Below are positions 44,413-50,227 of a stretch of DNA of 50,227 bases, piece by piece (the stretch's first letter is position 1; each line of letters opens with the position of its first letter). The stretch lies in the IMG/VR virus record IMGVR_UViG_2529292913_000006. One strand, 5' to 3'. This stretch comes from a virus. Its lineage: Duplodnaviria; Heunggongvirae; Uroviricota; Caudoviricetes. The notes beneath the pieces were generated by a model. That model had not been told where the DNA came from, ran no database searches, and saw nothing but the letters and a program-made list of their open reading frames with translations. The translations under genes and the position numbers were made by a program.

Positions 44413-44736
44413 AAACTGCAGACACGCCGTATGCAAGACGTGCTGCGGTTGGTTGATGCACTTTCGAGAGTGTATGTATTGAATAATTTCCAACCGTCAT
44501 TAATTTTATTTATTTTTTGCATGAGAGGATTTGAACCTCCGAGCCTCGACACCTTATGACAACGCGATATTCCCTTGATGACCGCTATGCGCCAAAATAA
44601 CCAATTGATAAATAAGTTGATTTTAATTGGTTGGAAGCAAGTCAGGTCAAATTCAGCATGCCGCTCTCTGTATCGGGTAGTTAAATTTTTCTATAACTGA
44701 TAGTAATATGTTAAAACTCACACAGATAAATTATCA

Positions 44737-46719
44737 TTGCTCAACAAGTATAATGGAGTTCCCGTGGATACAGCAGAACATGATGGCAAATTTGCTTGGG
44801 CTAGTTTTTATGAGGCTTTTGCCAACGCGTTACTGACTTGGCGAAATCGTAGAGATGAATTAGTCAAAGGTATTCATCTAATTGCCTCAGGTGTGGAAGG
44901 AATGTCCCATCTGCAGGACAAATCTATTATGGGAGAGATCTTTCCCTTAAAAGACATTTGTCCGTTTACTACTATGGGCTTGTTCAATCGTAACTTGACC
45001 GACAGCAATCGCAAAATTATTGCTGCCAAGCTAGCGAATTTGTTGGGCGTGAACGAACCGATTCCTGACTCCTTTGCCGGAATCCCGCTGTTGAATAACC
45101 AAAAATCTTGGTTCTTTGGTTATGAAAAGTCACGCGACCCTAATGACATTGAATGCTTGTGGGAAATGTTCTCGCAGGCAATGACCTTTGCGGATAACCA
45201 GAATACTAACTCTGCAGACTTCACTGCCGCATATGACATCGCTTCTACAGTAATGAATGTCGGTTGGAATCTCACCATGGGGTTGTACTGGACCCGTCCT
45301 TGGTTCTACCCTACTTTAGATAGCCAGTCGCAGTATTACATTCAGACAGTGTTAAACATTAAGATCATTAAAAACGGGGCAAAAGGTCGCTGTAGTGGAC
45401 AAAGTTACCTGAGTCTTATGCGGGCGCTGAACGAGGTCTTTACCCAACCAAACTATCCGGTTCATTCTTTCCCAGAACTTTCTTTATCAGCGTGGAATAC
45501 AGATCTTAGCCAGTCTAAAGATGAGGTGGCAAATAGAACGTGGAAAGCCTCTTTACTGAATAAAATTAAGGCGTTATGCCTGAAAAAAAATGGCCCTTAT
45601 TTCACTGCTTCGGAGTTGGAAGAAAACTACTTGGACGTATTCAAGGTAGAGCATCCTGAGAGCAAAACAGTTACAAGCTCAATCTACTTTTATCTACAGA
45701 AACTATGCAATGATGATGAGTTAAAGTCCCTTGAGTCCGGAAATTATGAATACCTGAATTTTGAGAAAAACGAATCCCAGACGATAACTGAGGAAACTGT
45801 CGAAGAGAGTGCGCCGTTGCCAAAACTCACTCACGTTCCTTATGACATCAGTCATCTGGTGCAGGATGGCTGTTTCTTGGAAGAGGCTAAGATCCAACTC
45901 ACACTTCAGCGCCTGATCGACAAGAAAAACCTGATATTACAAGGACCACCCGGAACTGGAAAAACCTGGTTAGCGCGACGTCTGGCGTACTGCTTGATGG
46001 GAGAAAAAGCACCTGAGCGTATTAGCGCGGTGCAATTTCACCCGAACCTCTCTTACGAAGACTTTATTCGCGGCTGGCGTCCAGGTAAAGAAGGGCAATT
46101 GACGCTAATTGATGGACCTTTTGTAAATGCAATCAAAACTGCAGTCAATAATCCTACCTCGAAATATGTGGTGATAATTGAAGAGATTAATCGTGGCAAT
46201 CCGGCGCAAATCTTCGGTGAAACACTCACGTTGATGGAAGCAGATAAACGCACGCCGACTGAGGCATTATCTCTTTCCTATCCTAAAAATGATGATGAAA
46301 AAATATACATTCCTGAGAATCTATATATCATCGGTACGATGAATATTGCAGACCGCTCACTCGCACTACTTGACCTAGCGCTGCGCCGTCGTTTCGCGTT
46401 TATCGATCTAAAGCCAGCTTTTAATGACGCGTGGAGAAACTGGGTAAATTATAATTACGCAATTGATTTTGACATGTTAGCATTCATCAAATCTCGACTG
46501 ACGGTACTTAACGATATGCTGGCAAAAGATGTTACCTTAGGACCACAGTTTTGTATCGGTCACAGCTATGTCACCCCAGCTATCGGCCAAAAAATCAACG
46601 ATGCCCAGGCTTGGTATGAACAAGTCGTTGATACAGAGATCTGCCCTTTGCTCGCCGAATATTGGTTCGATGCTCCAAATAAAGTCGATGAAGCCAGAAA
46701 AGTGTTATTAGCAAAATGA
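44737..46719 (+). CDS. McrB-like AAA+ GTPase with a long uncharacterised N-terminal domain
   Basis: Walker A GPPGTGKT, Walker B VVIIEEINRGN, McrB-type MNIADRS motif, RRRF arginine finger; about 390 aa of non-canonical N-terminus; start uncertain (track TTG 44737; GTG 44764 has a GGAG SD). Confidence 0.8.
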   Translation: MLNKYNGVPVDTAEHDGKFAWASFYEAFANALLTWRNRRDELVKGIHLIASGVEGMSHLQDKSIMGEIFPLKDICPFTTMGLFNRNLTDSNRKIIAAKLANLLGVNEPIPDSFAGIPLLNNQKSWFFGYEKSRDPNDIECLWEMFSQAMTFADNQNTNSADFTAAYDIASTVMNVGWNLTMGLYWTRPWFYPTLDSQSQYYIQTVLNIKIIKNGAKGRCSGQSYLSLMRALNEVFTQPNYPVHSFPELSLSAWNTDLSQSKDEVANRTWKASLLNKIKALCLKKNGPYFTASELEENYLDVFKVEHPESKTVTSSIYFYLQKLCNDDELKSLESGNYEYLNFEKNESQTITEETVEESAPLPKLTHVPYDISHLVQDGCFLEEAKIQLTLQRLIDKKNLILQGPPGTGKTWLARRLAYCLMGEKAPERISAVQFHPNLSYEDFIRGWRPGKEGQLTLIDGPFVNAIKTAVNNPTSKYVVIIEEINRGNPAQIFGETLTLMEADKRTPTEALSLSYPKNDDEKIYIPENLYIIGTMNIADRSLALLDLALRRRFAFIDLKPAFNDAWRNWVNYNYAIDFDMLAFIKSRLTVLNDMLAKDVTLGPQFCIGHSYVTPAIGQKINDAQAWYEQVVDTEICPLLAEYWFDAPNKVDEARKVLLAK

Positions 46720-47837
46720 CGACAATAACCGGGAGTGAGCAACATACAGCATCACGTATTCCCATGCGAAATATCTGGATGCTGATGCTGTACGCTTCAG
46801 ATCTGTTTCGTCAGTTAGGGCGCAATCAGATCGCAGTAGAAGATAACCCAGCAGAAATCCCCGACCTGGTGGCGACAATCCTCCTTCATGAGATTACGCT
46901 GCGCCGACGTCGCAATTTAAATATGGGATACCAAACTTGTCATGCGGCCCTGAACCGGGTGAGAGGGCGCATTGACATACTGTATACTGCCAGTCATCAA
47001 CTACTGGAACGGGGACAGGTTGCCTGCCATTTTCAAGACATAACCCTCAACACCCCCCGAAATCGCTATGTTCGCTGTGCGTTAGAACGTCTGGCCTCAA
47101 TCATAGTGAAACCGTCTTTGGCGGCAGATTGCCATTTTATGGCAATATCACTTCGCCGTGAGGGGATAAATGGAGGATATCCTGCCCCCCACGAATTACC
47201 CTCAGTGTGGCGTTTTGGACGCCATGATGCCGCAGATAAACCGATGGTCGATGCCGCACGATTAGCTTTTGAACTGCTGATGCCGACCGAAGATCAAGGC
47301 CAATATCTTTTACCTGCGCCCTCAAATAACCTTTACTGGATGAGAAGACTATTTGAAAAAGGTATCGCTGGCTTATATCGTGTACACCTTGCCAAAACAA
47401 CTTGGCAGGTCTCTGCAGGGAAAGAGCTGAAATGGGCGTTGAGCGATCAAAGTGCAGGTAGTGCAGAGATTTTCCCGACAATGAAGTCAGACATTATTCT
47501 GGAACACAAGACTGCCCAGCGGCGTATTATTATCGATACCAAATTTAATTCGATTCTGACAAAGGGTTGGCATCGGGAGCAATCACTACGTAATGGCTAT
47601 ATTTATCAGCTATATACCTACCTTAGAACACAGGAGAACAAGACGGATCCGCTTTCGCTCAATGCCGCTGGTCTTCTACTTCATCCAGCTGTTGGCTATA
47701 TGCTTAATGAGTATGTTGTCACTCAGGGACATAAGATCCATTTTGCTACAGTAGATATGACGGTAGATGCTAAAGCAATTAAAAAACAATTGCTGGCAAT
47801 AGCCCATGATTGTGCAGGAGTCGCGGTTGATGACTAA
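46716..47837 (+). CDS. McrC-like PD-(D/E)xK nuclease partner
   Basis: 373 aa; ATGA overlap with upstream gene; candidate catalytic motif SDIILEH...IIIDTKF. Confidence 0.7.
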   Translation: MTTITGSEQHTASRIPMRNIWMLMLYASDLFRQLGRNQIAVEDNPAEIPDLVATILLHEITLRRRRNLNMGYQTCHAALNRVRGRIDILYTASHQLLERGQVACHFQDITLNTPRNRYVRCALERLASIIVKPSLAADCHFMAISLRREGINGGYPAPHELPSVWRFGRHDAADKPMVDAARLAFELLMPTEDQGQYLLPAPSNNLYWMRRLFEKGIAGLYRVHLAKTTWQVSAGKELKWALSDQSAGSAEIFPTMKSDIILEHKTAQRRIIIDTKFNSILTKGWHREQSLRNGYIYQLYTYLRTQENKTDPLSLNAAGLLLHPAVGYMLNEYVVTQGHKIHFATVDMTVDAKAIKKQLLAIAHDCAGVAVDD

Positions 47838-48539
47838 CCATCCTATAAGGCACTGGCTGTAATATAATCAATAGTTTCAATTAAGTAGCTGTTATCCGTG
47901 CTTAGTCATCATATGACGCACCACGGTCTAATTTTCCTGCTCATACATTGATATATCCTTGTCGAGCCCGGAAAGTCGCAGTCCACTATTAGGTATACCG
48001 ATTGCCAGCACCAAAAGCTTCTTTGTAATTATTATATCGGGGAATGCCTATTTTTTAGTGACAATATCAGATAGCAATTAATAAGCGGTGCCGGTAATGG
48101 ATGTTATGTTTAATGTATAGATACAGTCATCATAAACTAAACGTCTGTTGTTCGCTCATAACCGACATTTATCTCAGTTATGGAAGATAATTATGTATGC
48201 AGATAATGGGGCAGACAGTCGTGGAGTAAACAAGGTTTTGCACTGATTGGCGGCATCGTTATCTTATTTTTAATTATGTGCCTCTTAACATAAGTTGGGA
48301 CAAAACAGAGACACATAAGGTCTCACAAAGGTCTGCAAGGCCTCACATGTATTGAGGTGTTAATAAAATGTAGACTTGTAATTTGGATATAAATGGTAGA
48401 GAAAACCTTTCCCCAAAATAAAAACGAACGTCAATGAAATCAAACGGTTGAATAAAGTTGATTTTGGCTAATAAAAAAACAATAAAATATTTTTTATGAT
48501 TAAATATCAATGACTTGAACTTAATGTTTTTATATACTG

Positions 48540-48701
48540 TTACGCCATATGGGTTGGACTGAAGCGGCTGACCTGATTGTTAAAGGTATGGAAGGCGCAA
48601 TCAATGCCAAGACCGTAACCTATGACTTCGAACGTCTGATGGAAGGCGCTAAATTGCTGAAATGTTCAGAGTTTGGTGACGCGATCATCAAGAATATGTA
48701 A
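48540..48701 (+). pseudogene. icd: icd 3'-terminal fragment at attR (icdC-type remnant)
   Basis: Frame encodes [53 protein letters not shown], the C-terminus of isocitrate dehydrogenase, with no upstream gene body; AT-rich phage DNA to the left. Confidence 0.85.
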
Positions 48702-48724
48702 TCTCTCCATGTGTTAAATATTGA

Positions 48725-48756
48725 AACGGGCGTATAACACGCCCGTTGTTTTATTT
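48725..48756 (+). terminator. icd rho-independent terminator
   Basis: AACGGGCGT-ATAACA-CGCCCGTT followed by a T-run. Confidence 0.65.
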
Positions 48757-48803
48757 ATGTGGATATTATTAATAGCATATCGAGCATATTTATATAAAAC
48801 CCT

Positions 48804-49127
48804 TTACTTGAGCCCATATGGGCATATTTTTATAATGCAACTATTATGCAAACATTTATTTGTTATTTTGCTTTCTCCTGGAGGACACTCTTGACTGCTT
48901 TTGAGTAGACTCCATAAATCCTTGTTGAATGGTGCGATGTTATAAATAGTAATAGGATATTCTTTATCTTTAAGGATAATACCAGATTTAACCGGTTTAA
49001 ATATACTGCCAGGAGGGAGAAATATAGTAGATTGATACCAGATGATCATTTTCATATCACCCCATATGACTGAAAAAGATATACCGCATGTAGGTTGAAT
49101 TACCGTGTCAATTACTATCCACTTCAT
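48804..49127 (-). CDS. iraM: Anti-adaptor protein IraM
   Basis: 107 aa recognised as IraM ([19 protein letters not shown]...[16 protein letters not shown]). Confidence 0.85.
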   Translation of the reverse strand: MKWIVIDTVIQPTCGISFSVIWGDMKMIIWYQSTIFLPPGSIFKPVKSGIILKDKEYPITIYNIAPFNKDLWSLLKSSQECPPGESKITNKCLHNSCIIKICPYGLK

Positions 49128-49822
49128 TTGTTATGTCTTATCCCACGGTATTTAATATAGTTCATTTGGATATTCATTTCTTTATTTTGCATATGAGTAT
49201 ATTACCCCTTCAAAAAATAAATTAATTAAAACGATTGCTTATATAAAACAAAATTTAAAGCAAGGAATCTCAATGGATGTTAAACAAAATGAGATTTAGT
49301 GAAAACAATAAATTATTCACTTCGTTTTAGATTTGTTTAGCTATAATGTTATACATTCAAATGACTGAACATCCTGTAATTAAAACATAGCCTTTATGCT
49401 ACTTGGTGCCAATTTGCTAAACATTATGGTTGCTTTTTTATATAACGATAATAATGAATATAAGCATGACATGAGAATAAGGTTCCAATTTTTGAGTTAT
49501 ATAGGAAAGGTTTAACCTGTTCCTGGCTAAAATACATATAACTGGATGATGACTAAACCAAAACACATGTGCGTTAAGTATTGAAACGGGCGTATGGCAC
49601 ACCCGTTGTTTTTATAAATATATTAACCGTTATAAAATAACGTATAGAAAGTCAAGTGATCACATTTCAAATATCAATTTGATAGTATTGGCCTGGTGAT
49701 TATTTATGGGTAGCAATAAAAGGACAGTATTTATCATCCATAGGGATAGTCTCTGTACTTTTATTCCCATTATGCTAATGCCTTACTGAATTATGAAGCA
49801 TTTCTTTAGTATCCAACTTTAG

Positions 49823-50227
49823 CTAGATTAATGGTTTATTATTTTCTACATCTTCAATATATAAAAGCGTATTATCAATGGCGTAGTAACTGCGTTTGTT
49901 ATGATTAACATCAGTAACCCAACGGAAAACGCCCGCGCCTGCTAGTGTTGAACAGTATTCCCGAAATGTAGATTTTCCGCAAATATGAAGCAATGCGGCC
50001 TCTTTTATTTTAGCAGGGTTCTTGGTCGTACTAACTTTTAACAGGTTCCTGGTTCCTCTTAATAACAAAACCGTATCATCGTGAGTAATAATTCTGATGT
50101 TATCCGTAGCCAGATAATAAATGTAATGTGCAATACGGTGATGTTTTAATTCTGAATAAAACCAGGAGAAGTTTTGCTCTTTTCTCACTTGCTCAAACAT
50201 CTTTTGAAAAACAACGACCTGATCCAT
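49823..50227 (-). CDS. ycgX: YcgX-like hypothetical protein
   Basis: 134-aa ORF with ATG at the window end; order after iraM matches E. coli. Confidence 0.65.
   Translation of the reverse strand: MDQVVVFQKMFEQVRKEQNFSWFYSELKHHRIAHYIYYLATDNIRIITHDDTVLLLRGTRNLLKVSTTKNPAKIKEAALLHICGKSTFREYCSTLAGAGVFRWVTDVNHNKRSYYAIDNTLLYIEDVENNKPLI

Noticed and set aside
44515-44600. tRNA-like motif (GGTTCAAATCC T-arm-like sequence on the minus strand)
   Set aside because: I could not fold a consistent acceptor or anticodon stem around it; probably chance or a degraded fragment. tRNAscan-SE or Aragorn would settle it.

Overview
About 48.5 kb of a mosaic lambdoid prophage integrated at the 3' end of icd, plus about 1.7 kb of chromosomal flank (icd 3' remnant, iraM, ycgX). 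All calls are from reading the sequence and ORF translations against remembered protein families; no database search was run. Layout, left to right: int/xis (icd-targeting type); small accessory genes (TraR-like, Dam methylase); lambda Red module (exo, bet, gam); an immunity region with OL and OR operator repeats, a LexA-like cI, cro/YdaS-like and YdaT-like genes; lambda-type O (with ori iterons) and P; a nin region (NinB, NinE, DUF1364, RusA, Q) like DLP12; an OmpC-family porin; a phage-21-type lysis cassette whose SAR endolysin is split by an IS2 with a 5-bp target duplication; bor; cos; and an essentially lambda-like head and tail set (Nu1 to J, lom, stf). Three cargo loci stand out. (1) An HTH-ImmA/IrrE metallopeptidase plus DUF4411 pair sits exactly where lambda carries rexAB. 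(2) An AT-rich, translationally coupled soluble-plus-membrane gene pair is inserted antisense between P and ninB. (3) A McrBC-like GTPase/nuclease pair with an unusual long N-terminal domain sits next to attR, beside an acyltransferase and a decayed pin invertase. No N antiterminator homologue, tRNA, rRNA or CRISPR array was recognised.
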